Source: an uncultured virus (IMG/VR IMGVR_UViG_3300038678_000044)
Lineage: Duplodnaviria > Heunggongvirae > Uroviricota > Caudoviricetes
IMG/VR virus record: IMGVR_UViG_3300038678_000044
Length of the DNA stretch: 20,000 nt
Direction: 5' to 3' (one strand)
Shown here one piece after another: positions 1 to 8,442 of the stretch. Numbering within the stretch: position 1 is the stretch's first letter; every line of letters begins with the position of its first letter. Both the position numbers and the translations under genes were made by a program. The notes under the pieces were generated by a model that was not told where the DNA came from, did not search any database, and worked only from the letters and a program-made list of their open reading frames with translations.

Positions 1-2
1 GA

Positions 3-140
3 CACTGGTCTGATCCTGGCATGTGCGAGGAGATGTGCGTTAATTGCGGTCATGGTTGTGCCCAGCACTCTTACGGAGATGGCGAAACAGACTGTCTCGA
101 AGGCGACTGTGACTGTAAGGAATGGGTCGAATCAAGTTAG
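3..140 (+). CDS. 5'-truncated small Cys/His-rich protein (putative Zn-binding), not in ORF track
   Basis: Frame 3 reads HWSDPGMCEEMCVNCGHGCAQHSYGDGETDCLEGDCDCKEWVESS* (TAG 138-140). The CxxCGH..H..C..CxC spacing is typical of small phage metal-binding proteins. Confidence 0.6.
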   Translation, partial: HWSDPGMCEEMCVNCGHGCAQHSYGDGETDCLEGDCDCKEWVESS

Positions 141-157
141 AAGGATGTTAGAACATT

Positions 158-346
158 ATGGCTGAGAAGGTTGATCGTATGCTGACAGCAAACCAGAAGA
201 CCATCCTGGCGCTGTCGGAGCTGAAGCCATCGACGACCTACAACCTTGAGTTTCGAGACAGCCTCGTAGCTCAATTCAATCGAAGGGGCGAGCTGACGCC
301 GAAACAGTGGCACAGCGCCCGACAACTGGTGAGAGATGATGGCTGA
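158..346 (+). CDS. hypothetical phage protein (62 aa)
   Basis: ATG with AAGGA upstream; overlaps the next ORF; same strand as all neighbours. Confidence 0.7.
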   Translation: MAEKVDRMLTANQKTILALSELKPSTTYNLEFRDSLVAQFNRRGELTPKQWHSARQLVRDDG

Positions 347-542
347 GAATCCTGATCGAGAATGTGCGGTGCATGGCAAGTTCGCGCCTAGCCAGGGAGA
401 CCTGAGATTCGTCAATCGATTGGACGACAAGCTGGGACTGCTACGCATCCTGCAACGCTGGGAGTGGTCCTACACTGAGGCGAAGTTCGAGTGGTACGAT
501 GTGCAATGGGTGAAGGATGAAATTGAAGAAGAAGCTGGTTGA
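336..542 (+). CDS. hypothetical phage protein (68 aa)
   Basis: Overlaps the upstream ORF; LRFV.R...ILQRW...EWYDV pattern resembles small phage accessory proteins. Confidence 0.7.
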   Translation: MMAENPDRECAVHGKFAPSQGDLRFVNRLDDKLGLLRILQRWEWSYTEAKFEWYDVQWVKDEIEEEAG

Positions 543-618
543 AGCCCTGGAGATCATTTGCTTCCTGGGTGCTGTTGGCCTGCTATTCTATGTGGGATAC
601 TTCCTGACCAGCGGATAG
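517..618 (+). CDS. small single-pass membrane protein (33 aa), not in ORF track
   Basis: MKLKKKLVEALEIICFLGAVGLLFYVGYFLTSG*: basic N-terminus then about 20 hydrophobic residues; fills the gap between 542 and 634. The start may be TTG 523. Confidence 0.6.
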   Translation: MKLKKKLVEALEIICFLGAVGLLFYVGYFLTSG

Positions 619-633
619 CTGGAGGAGCGAACG

Positions 634-903
634 ATGAGTACGATTTACTACTGCGATGCACCTGGCTGCGTAAAGAAAGCAGCAGGCAGGCCAACACCTG
701 ATGGATGGACTGGTCCGGAGGATTGGATGTTTCATAATGGTCCGGAGAAAGTCCTTGATGCGTGTAGCGAGGAGCATCTGGACGAGGCTCTTACGGTCGC
801 CTATCCTCCGGATCCGGAAGCCGAAGAAGCTGAATCCGAGGAGCAGGACATCACCGAAGATGACGTAGGCACTATCCCGGTAATCGACGACACCGAATCG
901 TAA
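634..903 (+). CDS. hypothetical protein, Cys/His Zn-binding-like with acidic tail (89 aa)
   Basis: GGAGGAG SD upstream; CDAPGC...CSEEH motif; D/E-rich C-terminus. Confidence 0.8.
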   Translation: MSTIYYCDAPGCVKKAAGRPTPDGWTGPEDWMFHNGPEKVLDACSEEHLDEALTVAYPPDPEAEEAESEEQDITEDDVGTIPVIDDTES

Positions 904-932
904 ACTTCCTTCGCCGCCTGGAGGATGCAAGC

Positions 933-1148
933 ATGCCACTCAAAAAGGGTAGCAGTAACAAGGCTGTAAGCTCGAATATCAGTGAGCTGGTGCAAACGGG
1001 CAGACCGCAGAAACAGGCTGTCGCAATCGCGATGAGCAAGGCAGGCAGGTCCAAGCACAAGCCAGGCAATCCCCATGGCAAGAAGCCAGGAAACCCTCAT
1101 ATGTCGAAGGAGCGCCCAGCGCATCATCGCAACAAGCACAATATGTGA
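933..1148 (+). CDS. small basic conserved phage protein (MPLKKG...QKQAVAIA type, 71 aa)
   Basis: GGAGG SD at 920-924. The MPLKKGSS...NISEL...[15 protein letters not shown] pattern is one I recognise from phage head modules. C-terminal KPGNPH occurs twice. Confidence 0.85.
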   Translation: MPLKKGSSNKAVSSNISELVQTGRPQKQAVAIAMSKAGRSKHKPGNPHGKKPGNPHMSKERPAHHRNKHNM

Positions 1149-1525
1149 TGAGCGGCGAGGCCCGAAAGATTGCCAACGATGCCAGGGTGAAGCTCATGCT
1201 TCGCCGCATCATCGCTGGAGGGAATCCGAAAGTCATACATCGGCTTATGCGTCCGCATATGCGTCCGCATACCTGGGTGTTCCTACGACAGCAAGGCATC
1301 GCTGATGATCCAGTCACTTGCCTGGGTATCGTGTTCCACGAATGGCCCAGGAACAAATACAACATGGTGAGGTTCACCAGCCACACCCATACCGGCGAAG
1401 AACTCAAGACATCAGGGCGGCTCGCCCCGCTCGACAATGGTCAGACTGGCCTGATTCTCCAGGTGCGCTGGCCCTGGGGAGCAATGCTGAAGCAGTACAA
1501 GGGCCTCAGCGACGGAAATCTATGA
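1145..1525 (+). CDS. hypothetical protein (126 aa) upstream of terL
   Basis: Overlaps the previous stop (GTGATG) and ends just before terL. No recognisable TerS features. Confidence 0.65.
   Translation: MMSGEARKIANDARVKLMLRRIIAGGNPKVIHRLMRPHMRPHTWVFLRQQGIADDPVTCLGIVFHEWPRNKYNMVRFTSHTHTGEELKTSGRLAPLDNGQTGLILQVRWPWGAMLKQYKGLSDGNL
1246..1271. repeat. 12-bp perfect tandem repeat with palindromic units
   Basis: TATGCGTCCGCA x2 plus TA. Each TATGCG-TC-CGCATA is a 6-2-6 inverted repeat. Encodes MRPH MRPH. Confidence 0.9.
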
Positions 1526-1526
1526 G

Positions 1527-3119
1527 GTGGTCGCAGACCCTTTATCAGTCCAGGAAGCAGTAGCCGAGTACAAAACTCAAGCCCAAGCTGAGTTCTATCG
1601 GAGAGATCTGAGAGAATTTGTAGCGGCTGCTTGGTCGATCGTTGAACCTAAACCGTTCAAGACCAACTGGCACTTAGACGCCATCTGCGACCACCTCGCC
1701 TATGTCACGTTCGGTGACATTCGCAATCTCATGATCAACATCCCGCCCAGGCAGACCAAGAGCCTGACTGCGAGTGTGCTGTGGCCGGTATGGGAGTGGC
1801 TGCTGGATCCTGGGGTGCAATTCTTGTTTGCTTCCTATGCTCAGGAACTTGCTATCCGAGATGCAGTAAAGTCTCGTCGGCTGATCGAGTCAGCCTGGTT
1901 CAAGCAGCGGTATTCAGGTGCCTTCTACCTGGATCCAGCGGACAACAGGAAGAATCGCTACGTCAACAACCATGGTGGTCATCGCATCTCCGGCTCGATC
2001 CTGGGTAAGGCGACAGGTGAAGGTGGCGACAAGATCTGCATCGACGACCCGCACAACATGAAAGACGTGTACTCGGACACGATCCGGTACAACACCCTTT
2101 CGACCTGGGACAATAGCCTGAGATCACGCCTTAACGACCCAACCACAGGCCAGAAGGTGCTGATCGGCCAGCGGTCGCACGACGCTGATCTGTTCGGTCA
2201 CATCCTGGCCAGCGAAGACGAGCGATGGGAAGTGCTGATGCTGCCGATGGAGTTCGATCCAGCCAGGAAGTGCATCACGTTCTTCAACAAGGGCAGGGGC
2301 CATCAGACCAAGAAGGGCCCGTTGTTCGAGGATCCCAGGGAGAAGAAAGGCGAGCTGCTGAATCCGCAACGCTTTGGTGAGGAGGAGAGGAAGGCCGAGA
2401 CCAAGGCAATGTCCGTGAGGGACTACAGCGCCCAGTTCAACCAGGATCCGACATCCGGTGGTGGCCTGATCCTGAAGAAGAAGTGGTGGCAGCAGTGGTG
2501 CTTCCCAGAGGATCATCCGGAAGCTGGCAAGCCGATGCCACACCCAGAGTTTATCGAGGTCATCTCGTTCTATGACACGGCATTCGAGGAGGATGAGGAG
2601 AACGACTGCTCTGCCAGGATCACTGCTGGGCTGTTCGAGTATTCACCGTCAGGCCGGGAGATCGATACCGAGGTTCATGCGTTGCTGCTGGAGCGGTTCA
2701 ACGATCGAGTGGAGTTCCCTGATCTCAAGACCGAGGCGATAGCCCACAATGTTCAGTGGAGCCCTGACCGAACGCTGATCGAGAGGAAGGCCAGCGGTCA
2801 CTCACTGATCCAGGAGCTGCGTCGAGCTGGCGTTTCTATCTGGGGAGTGAATCCAGGCACCAAGGACAAAGTATTCAGAGCGCACATGGTTGCCCAGGTG
2901 CTGAAGGAAGGTCGGCTGTGGTACATCCCCAGGAACTGGGCCTACGAGGTGATCAATCAGTGCGCGACCTTCCCGGTCGGTGAGAATGATGACTTGGTGG
3001 ATTGCATCGTGATGTTGCTTGGATACATCCGTCGCCTGGGCCTGATGGAACTCGACGACGACGAGAAGATGGACGAGATGAAACTGTTCAGCCAACCGAG
3101 GAAGTTCTATGGAGCGTAG
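1527..3119 (+). CDS. terL: terminase large subunit
   Basis: Walker A-like NIPPRQTKS and Walker B ICIDDPH; RNase H-like nuclease motifs FYDTAFEE...NDCSA, IERKASG and FPVGENDDLVD. Confidence 0.97.
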   Translation: MVADPLSVQEAVAEYKTQAQAEFYRRDLREFVAAAWSIVEPKPFKTNWHLDAICDHLAYVTFGDIRNLMINIPPRQTKSLTASVLWPVWEWLLDPGVQFLFASYAQELAIRDAVKSRRLIESAWFKQRYSGAFYLDPADNRKNRYVNNHGGHRISGSILGKATGEGGDKICIDDPHNMKDVYSDTIRYNTLSTWDNSLRSRLNDPTTGQKVLIGQRSHDADLFGHILASEDERWEVLMLPMEFDPARKCITFFNKGRGHQTKKGPLFEDPREKKGELLNPQRFGEEERKAETKAMSVRDYSAQFNQDPTSGGGLILKKKWWQQWCFPEDHPEAGKPMPHPEFIEVISFYDTAFEEDEENDCSARITAGLFEYSPSGREIDTEVHALLLERFNDRVEFPDLKTEAIAHNVQWSPDRTLIERKASGHSLIQELRRAGVSIWGVNPGTKDKVFRAHMVAQVLKEGRLWYIPRNWAYEVINQCATFPVGENDDLVDCIVMLLGYIRRLGLMELDDDEKMDEMKLFSQPRKFYGA

Positions 3120-3381
3120 CGTCAAGAATGTCCACGAGCTGGAGGCTGGCAAGTTCGATGCAGTGCGAATACTGCGGGACTGCTTGGCAGATGCAGAGCG
3201 CGGCAAGATCAAGCATGTGATCGTGGTCTGTGCTGATGCAATGGACGAAGACGATGCCCAGAATGGTCAGTATCTGTGGGCAACCTGGTCAGACATGACG
3301 AGGCAGCAGGTTTTGTGGTTGCAACGGTGGTCGAGCAGCTTCATCAATCACCGCTACTTTGGGCAGTATCACGACGATTGA
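3109..3381 (+). CDS. hypothetical protein (90 aa)
   Basis: Overlaps the terL 3' end; GAGGA upstream; plausible alpha/beta sequence. Confidence 0.75.
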   Translation: MERSVKNVHELEAGKFDAVRILRDCLADAERGKIKHVIVVCADAMDEDDAQNGQYLWATWSDMTRQQVLWLQRWSSSFINHRYFGQYHDD

Positions 3382-3413
3382 GGTAGACTTCGCTCGCCGC
3401 CCAAGGAGGAACC

Positions 3414-3557
3414 ATGGAGATTCTTATTTTCATTCTGGGCTTTGTCTTCGCCCTGGTGCTGGTGCATTTCTACCCAGGGTTGGCCACGGTCGGAGCAGCG
3501 GTTGTGAAATCTTGCAAGGCCGGTATTGCCTGGATCCGGAGTAAGCGCAGTGGCTAA
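3414..3557 (+). CDS. small membrane protein (47 aa), not in ORF track
   Basis: Strong SD AAGGAGGA at 3403-3410. MEILIFILGFVFALVLVHFYPGLATVGAAVVKSCKAGIAWIRSKRSG*: N-terminal TM segment, amphipathic segment, basic tail. Confidence 0.8.
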   Translation: MEILIFILGFVFALVLVHFYPGLATVGAAVVKSCKAGIAWIRSKRSG

Positions 3558-3696
3558 GCAGGGCAGTAACAAGTCACGCAACCAGCTCAGATCTGGTGGC
3601 AGCATCAATGCCAAGTGGCTTGAGAACAATAAGAGCCAGCGTCGTCGTCGAGGCAAGGTGGCGAAGCAATCACGTCGAGCGAACAGGAAGAAGTGA
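3550..3696 (+). CDS. very basic microprotein (48 aa), not in ORF track
   Basis: GTG start overlaps the previous ORF, with GGAG upstream. MAKQGSNKSRNQLRSGGSINAKWLENNKSQRRRRGKVAKQSRRANRKK*. Confidence 0.65.
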   Translation: MAKQGSNKSRNQLRSGGSINAKWLENNKSQRRRRGKVAKQSRRANRKK

Positions 3697-3721
3697 CAGC
3701 ACGATAGGGACCGGATAGAAT
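3693..3721 (+). promoter_or_regulatory. putative sigma70-type promoter for the 3760-5660 cassette
   Basis: GTGACA (3693-3698), 17 nt spacer, TAGAAT (3716-3721). Both boxes are 5/6 to consensus, in one of the few intergenic gaps. Confidence 0.6.
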
Positions 3722-3759
3722 CCAGCAACTTCGCCGCCAACGAAGCATAGGGCACAGCT

Positions 3760-4686
3760 ATGGGATTAGGTGGCGGAGGTCTCGAAGGACTAACCAGTCA
3801 ATCTGGTGGTGGTGCCGGTGGCTCCGCAGTCAGTGGTCTGGGCATCTGGCGCTTCAGAACTGAGACATCAGCACCTCCAGCGAGCGGCCAGCTCAGGTTT
3901 AACAACTCCGATATAGAATCAGCCACCGTGCTATTCCTGCATGAGACCAATGCAGATGGCACCGACATGGCGAACTTCCTGGAGCAGTTGGGTGTCGGTT
4001 CATTCCTGTACATCCAGGATCGATCGGCCTCAGAGAACTTCATCCTGGTCCAGATCTCCTCGAACACTGACAACGGTGTCTATCGCAGTTTCGGAATCGA
4101 TATTGTCGAGCAGCAGGGAGACAAGCCTTCTCAGAACAGTGAAGTTGGTATCGTCGCGACTGGTGATCCATCACCGACTCCATCAATTTCATTCCCATCG
4201 TTCCAGTTCGAGCCATTGCAGTTGGATGATCCGAATAATGCTGACTGGGCTGTTAATGCCGTGGCTCCTGCGGTTGGCGATGTCATCAATGCCGCACTCA
4301 CGGTTCGACGATTCGATAGCGCCAGCGAGGAAGGTGTTGGGTTTATGCTGGAAGTTCCGGCAGGCGCGACGAACATCGTCTTTGGTTTTTTGTCGAGGGC
4401 TATTTCGCCGCAACCGACTCCAAATAACGTAGGGGTAAATATCTATAATCGTGGCATTCCGGACGGTTCGCCGGTTCAATCGTGGTCTGCCGGGGATCAG
4501 TTGACGGATATTGCATTACCGAACAACACCAACTTTGTGAAGGATTCGGAGTCAGTTACGTTAGCGAGTCTTGGTATTACAGCGGGGGAAACTACTCAAT
4601 TTGAGTTGACTCGTGTTGCTCCAACAGGCGGGAATAACCAATTCGGTGACTGGGCATTGCTGCAACTTACGATTGGATTCAGCTAA
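3760..4686 (+). CDS. putative virion fibre/accessory structural protein (308 aa, two beta-rich domains)
   Basis: Gly-rich N-terminus. Domain 1 (WRFRTET..PASGQLRFNN..SAT.LFL..DGTD..NFL..LYIQD) and domain 2 (FDSASEE.V.F..AGE..QFELTR..GDW.L) resemble modules of phage fibre proteins. Pattern recognition only. Confidence 0.7.
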   Translation: MGLGGGGLEGLTSQSGGGAGGSAVSGLGIWRFRTETSAPPASGQLRFNNSDIESATVLFLHETNADGTDMANFLEQLGVGSFLYIQDRSASENFILVQISSNTDNGVYRSFGIDIVEQQGDKPSQNSEVGIVATGDPSPTPSISFPSFQFEPLQLDDPNNADWAVNAVAPAVGDVINAALTVRRFDSASEEGVGFMLEVPAGATNIVFGFLSRAISPQPTPNNVGVNIYNRGIPDGSPVQSWSAGDQLTDIALPNNTNFVKDSESVTLASLGITAGETTQFELTRVAPTGGNNQFGDWALLQLTIGFS

Positions 4687-5660
4687 TGGGCCTGGCACTT
4701 CCTTTTGGACTTGGGCAAAGCGGCCTGGTTGAAGCTGGTGTCGGTCTCGGTGCCGCTGGATTAGCAGCGGGGGCTGTGGCTGCGCCAGCCGGAGACCCGG
4801 ATATTGACGCTTACAGTCTCACATCAGCCGCTGTACCTTTTACGATTGTTGCCAACAACCACTTGAGTCCGACCTTCAGTCTCTCTGGAGACAGGGTGTA
4901 TTGGGCACGAGCATCATCCTTTCAGTCATTCCAATATGAACTGCCTACGCCAGGTGATCTCTCGACGCTGACAGGGAATTTTGAAGGAGCCCAGAACTGG
5001 GCTATTAACACTCAAAACATGCGGAGCATTGCATTAAATCCGGCTCGTACTAAGGCTTACAAGATGCGGAGGGCTAGTGGTTCAGGCGACTCTTTTGTAT
5101 CTGCTGATCCGTTCTCTGCTGTGGCTCTCGGTGACCCTGCTCTAAATCCATACGCACTAACAAATACAGTGCTTGGGACCGGCCTCGTGAGTCCTCTCAC
5201 TCCTCGTGATTTCGTTGCGGCAGCTAACGATCTGGACCTCTACGTGGCGTCTTACGACATTGCCGATCGGAGGATTTACCATTTTCAGATGAGCGTAGCG
5301 GGAGATGCCAGTACAGCCGTGGCTCAAGGTGCAGTATTAGATTTGACCAGCAAGTTTGCGACCTTCATGTACGGGATCGCCTACACACCTGATGGAAGTA
5401 AACTGTTTGTTCTGGGTGATAATCTCGGCACCCTGAGCATTGCCCAGTTCGATTTGAGTGTCGCATACGATGTGACGACTGCTGTTGACAGCGGAAAATC
5501 ACTGACGGTCACTCCAGCATTTTTCTCACAGGTATCATCGAATCTCTCGCTTGCCGTATGGGAGAACCCGGTAGGCGGATTTAAGCTGTACCTCACATGG
5601 CACGACCTTGATAACTTCAACTCTGCTTTTATGGAGTTCGATCTGTATGAAGCGCCCTAA
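4686..5660 (+). CDS. putative beta-propeller virion protein (324 aa)
   Basis: TAATG coupling; Gly/Ala leader. Blade-like repeats (FSLSGDRVY, YTPDGSKLFV, QYELPTPGDLST, HFQMSVAGDASTA, QFDLSVAYDVTTA) resemble those in the 15794 protein. Confidence 0.75.
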   Translation: MGLALPFGLGQSGLVEAGVGLGAAGLAAGAVAAPAGDPDIDAYSLTSAAVPFTIVANNHLSPTFSLSGDRVYWARASSFQSFQYELPTPGDLSTLTGNFEGAQNWAINTQNMRSIALNPARTKAYKMRRASGSGDSFVSADPFSAVALGDPALNPYALTNTVLGTGLVSPLTPRDFVAAANDLDLYVASYDIADRRIYHFQMSVAGDASTAVAQGAVLDLTSKFATFMYGIAYTPDGSKLFVLGDNLGTLSIAQFDLSVAYDVTTAVDSGKSLTVTPAFFSQVSSNLSLAVWENPVGGFKLYLTWHDLDNFNSAFMEFDLYEAP

Positions 5661-5687
5661 AGCAATACACAACTTGAGTAATTAACC

Positions 5688-8189
5688 ATGGCAGCCAGAG
5701 CGGATCTTTTATCGACCATGAAGCCGATGCCGACCTTCACGGAGACTGAGCAGGTCACCGCGAAGAACATCATCACGCATAACGAAGATGGCACGATCTC
5801 GATTGTTCCGAAGGGTGAGATCGCTGAGTACGCTGACGTTGATCACGATGAGGAGACACCGGAGGGTTGGAACGACAACCTGGCAGAGGAGCTGTCTCCC
5901 CAGGAACGAATCGCAATCGCGGACGAGCTGATCGAATACTACGAGATCGATGAGCAGGTTCGCGAGGAGCATTTCGAGCGGCTGACCGATGGGCTCAGGC
6001 TGATGGGCTTGACCGACGAGCCAGCCTCAGATGTACCGTTCAAGGGTGCGGCCACCGTGCAGCATCCACTCATCGCTGAAGCTGTGACGCAGTTCCAGGC
6101 ACGAGCGATTGAGGAATTCTTCCCGCCCCAGGGCCCGGTCAAGGCTTACATCATGGGTGAGGCGACCGACGAAAAGGTGGCGCAGGGGAAACGTCTCGAA
6201 GACTACATGAACTATCAGCTCACTGAAGCCGACGAGGAATACTTCTGGTCCACGGATCAGATGCTGTTTTATCTCCCCCTTTCAGGATCTGCATTCAAGA
6301 AGGTCTACATCGATCCCATTACCGGCATGACTACGAGCAGATTTGTTACTGCTGAGGATTTCATCGTTCCGTATCATGCGCGAACTTTGGCGAACGCACC
6401 TCGGTACTGTCACAAATATGAGATGCCGGAGAATGATGTATTCAGGGCCCAGGAGGCGGGATCTTTCATTGCAGATGCCAGGCTGTTGCCGACACCGCAG
6501 ATCCTGGTAGACAAGAACACCAGCTTCTCCAGGTACGACCTGGAGGACGTGGCCGACGATCGCAGTCCTCAGCAGCATTACGACGACACGATCTACACGA
6601 TGCTGGAGTACCACATCGATTACCACATGCCCTGGGACGAAGACTCAGACATAGCGCCTCCGTATGTCGTCACGGTCGAGGCCGAGTCTCGCGAGGTCAT
6701 GGCAGTCAGGCGGAACTGGAAGCACGACGATCCGCTGATGAAGAAGCGAATCTGGTTCACGCATTACAAGTATCTCCCTGGCCTTGGTTTCTATGGCTTT
6801 GGCCTGCTACACATAATTGGCTCACTAGCGAAAGCTGTCAGTGGCGGCATCCGTGCCCTACTCGACAGTGCAGCAGTGGCAAACCTTCAAGGTGGCTTCA
6901 AGAGCAAAGAAGCCAAGATTGCTGGGGAGATACGTTTTACACCGGGCGAGTGGATCGATGTCGATATGTCCGCCGACGAGCTGGAGAAGGCATTCTTCAA
7001 CCTGCCGGTCAAGGAGCCATCGACTGCACTCGCTAACCTGGTACAGACGCTCGTCGATGAGGGCAGGCGATTCGCCACCACCACTGAGAACATGGTTGGT
7101 GATGCCAAGAACACTGGACCAGTGGGCACGACCCTGGCGCTGATCGAGCAGGGCTCGAAGGTATTCAGCGGCATCCACAAGCGCATGCACGTCTCTGCCA
7201 GGCAAGAGTTCAAGATGATGTCCCAGTTGAACTACGAGTTCATGGACGTGGAGGAGTATCCCTACGAGGTCCAGGGTGAGGAACGCACGATCCTGAAGTC
7301 GGACTTCGATGGTCGCGTAGACATCATCCCGGTCTCGGATCCGAACATCTGGTCAGCGACTCAACGCATTGCACAGAACCAGGCAGTGCTGGAGTTGATC
7401 ACCGCAGATCCGGAGCTGTATCCGAAGAAGCAGCGCAAGATCGCGCATCGACGAATGTTCGAGGCCATGCGGATACCGGACATCGATCAGATCCTGCCGG
7501 AAGACACGGATGCACCACTGGATCCGGTGAGCGAGAACATGGGCTTCCTGGTCGGATCGGCTGCGACCGTGTATCCACTCCAGGATCACGAGGCGCATAT
7601 CGCGGTCCACATGAATTTTGCAGAGCAGCAAGCAGCGGAGAATCCTGACCTGGTAGCCAACCTGGAGCCAGTGATCCAGGCGCATGTGATGGAACACAAA
7701 GCCTACGTTTATCGGCAACAGGTCGAGGCCGAACTGGGTACGCAGTTGCCATACATCAACCTGGATGATCCGAGTGACAACGAAGACTTGCCACCGGAGC
7801 TGGAGAAGCTGATCAGCCAGGCTGTTGCTAAGAAGCTCAAGCCTCCGCCTCCGCCTGCACCGACACCTGAAGAACAGGCGGAGCAGGATCAGCGTCAGCG
7901 CGAGGAAGATGAAGCCGACCTGGAAGTCATCGGCAAGATCGAGCGCGGTAGAGCAGAGAGCGCAGCCGGGATTGATCGCAAGGACGAGGAGTCCGAAGCA
8001 GAGCAGGAGCGCAAGGACAAAGAATCAACCGCTGAGGGCAAGCGCAAAGACACAGAATCGAGAGCCGAAGTTCGTCGCCAGGACAAGTTAGCTCGCGCCA
8101 AGGCCACGTTTGGAAAGGGGCCTGTAAGCGTACCAAGGGGAAAGACCAGCAAGAAACGGAAGACGAAACGTGGCAGTAGCAAGTCCTAA
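5688..8189 (+). CDS. portal protein (833 aa)
   Basis: Size and position after terL. Motifs HPLIAEAVTQFQARA, LPLSGSAFKKVY, YKYLPGLGFYGFGL.H.IG, FKSK, PVGTTLALIE, DFDGRVDIIPVSDPN; long charged coiled-coil C-terminus. Confidence 0.92.
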   Translation: MAARADLLSTMKPMPTFTETEQVTAKNIITHNEDGTISIVPKGEIAEYADVDHDEETPEGWNDNLAEELSPQERIAIADELIEYYEIDEQVREEHFERLTDGLRLMGLTDEPASDVPFKGAATVQHPLIAEAVTQFQARAIEEFFPPQGPVKAYIMGEATDEKVAQGKRLEDYMNYQLTEADEEYFWSTDQMLFYLPLSGSAFKKVYIDPITGMTTSRFVTAEDFIVPYHARTLANAPRYCHKYEMPENDVFRAQEAGSFIADARLLPTPQILVDKNTSFSRYDLEDVADDRSPQQHYDDTIYTMLEYHIDYHMPWDEDSDIAPPYVVTVEAESREVMAVRRNWKHDDPLMKKRIWFTHYKYLPGLGFYGFGLLHIIGSLAKAVSGGIRALLDSAAVANLQGGFKSKEAKIAGEIRFTPGEWIDVDMSADELEKAFFNLPVKEPSTALANLVQTLVDEGRRFATTTENMVGDAKNTGPVGTTLALIEQGSKVFSGIHKRMHVSARQEFKMMSQLNYEFMDVEEYPYEVQGEERTILKSDFDGRVDIIPVSDPNIWSATQRIAQNQAVLELITADPELYPKKQRKIAHRRMFEAMRIPDIDQILPEDTDAPLDPVSENMGFLVGSAATVYPLQDHEAHIAVHMNFAEQQAAENPDLVANLEPVIQAHVMEHKAYVYRQQVEAELGTQLPYINLDDPSDNEDLPPELEKLISQAVAKKLKPPPPPAPTPEEQAEQDQRQREEDEADLEVIGKIERGRAESAAGIDRKDEESEAEQERKDKESTAEGKRKDTESRAEVRRQDKLARAKATFGKGPVSVPRGKTSKKRKTKRGSSKS
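7942..8090 (+). repeat. 11-residue (33-nt) degenerate repeats in portal C-terminus
   Basis: ERGRAESAAGI / DRKDEESEAEQ / ERKDKESTAEG / KRKDTESRAEV / RRQDK. Confidence 0.8.
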
Positions 8190-8400
8190 AGAAGTTCGAG
8201 CGGCCAGGGCATTCCTGCGGAACCAGGGTGCGCGATCGTCGGACATTCCGCCACGTAAGTTCGCCAACTCAGCGAGAGAACTCAACATGGGATTTCGACA
8301 GTTGCTACGGCTGATTGCCAGGCTATACTCCGGTGGTCAAAACCAGCAGCAGTTCCGTATGAGTGCGATAGCTGCGGCGGCTGAAACAGAAAAAGGTTAA
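8170..8400 (+). CDS. small basic hypothetical protein (76 aa)
   Basis: GTG start overlaps the portal end; helical Arg/Ala-rich sequence. Confidence 0.65.
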   Translation: MAVASPKEVRAARAFLRNQGARSSDIPPRKFANSARELNMGFRQLLRLIARLYSGGQNQQQFRMSAIAAAAETEKG

Positions 8401-8442
8401 GCGTCGAGACCATAAGATCGATGCGAGCTGAGGAGATCAGTC

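Noticed and set aside
1059..1100. KPGNPH duplication as a regulatory DNA repeat
   Set aside because: The copies differ at synonymous positions (AAGCCAGGCAATCCCCAT vs AAGCCAGGAAACCCTCAT), so it is a protein-level repeat.
1145..1525. Candidate terminase small subunit by position
   Set aside because: No HTH or oligomerisation-helix pattern is recognisable. TerS may lie outside the window.
8401..8424. Hairpin GCGTCGA-N10-TCGATGC as a terminator
   Set aside because: Large loop, one G-U pair and no U-tract; at most a weak leader structure.
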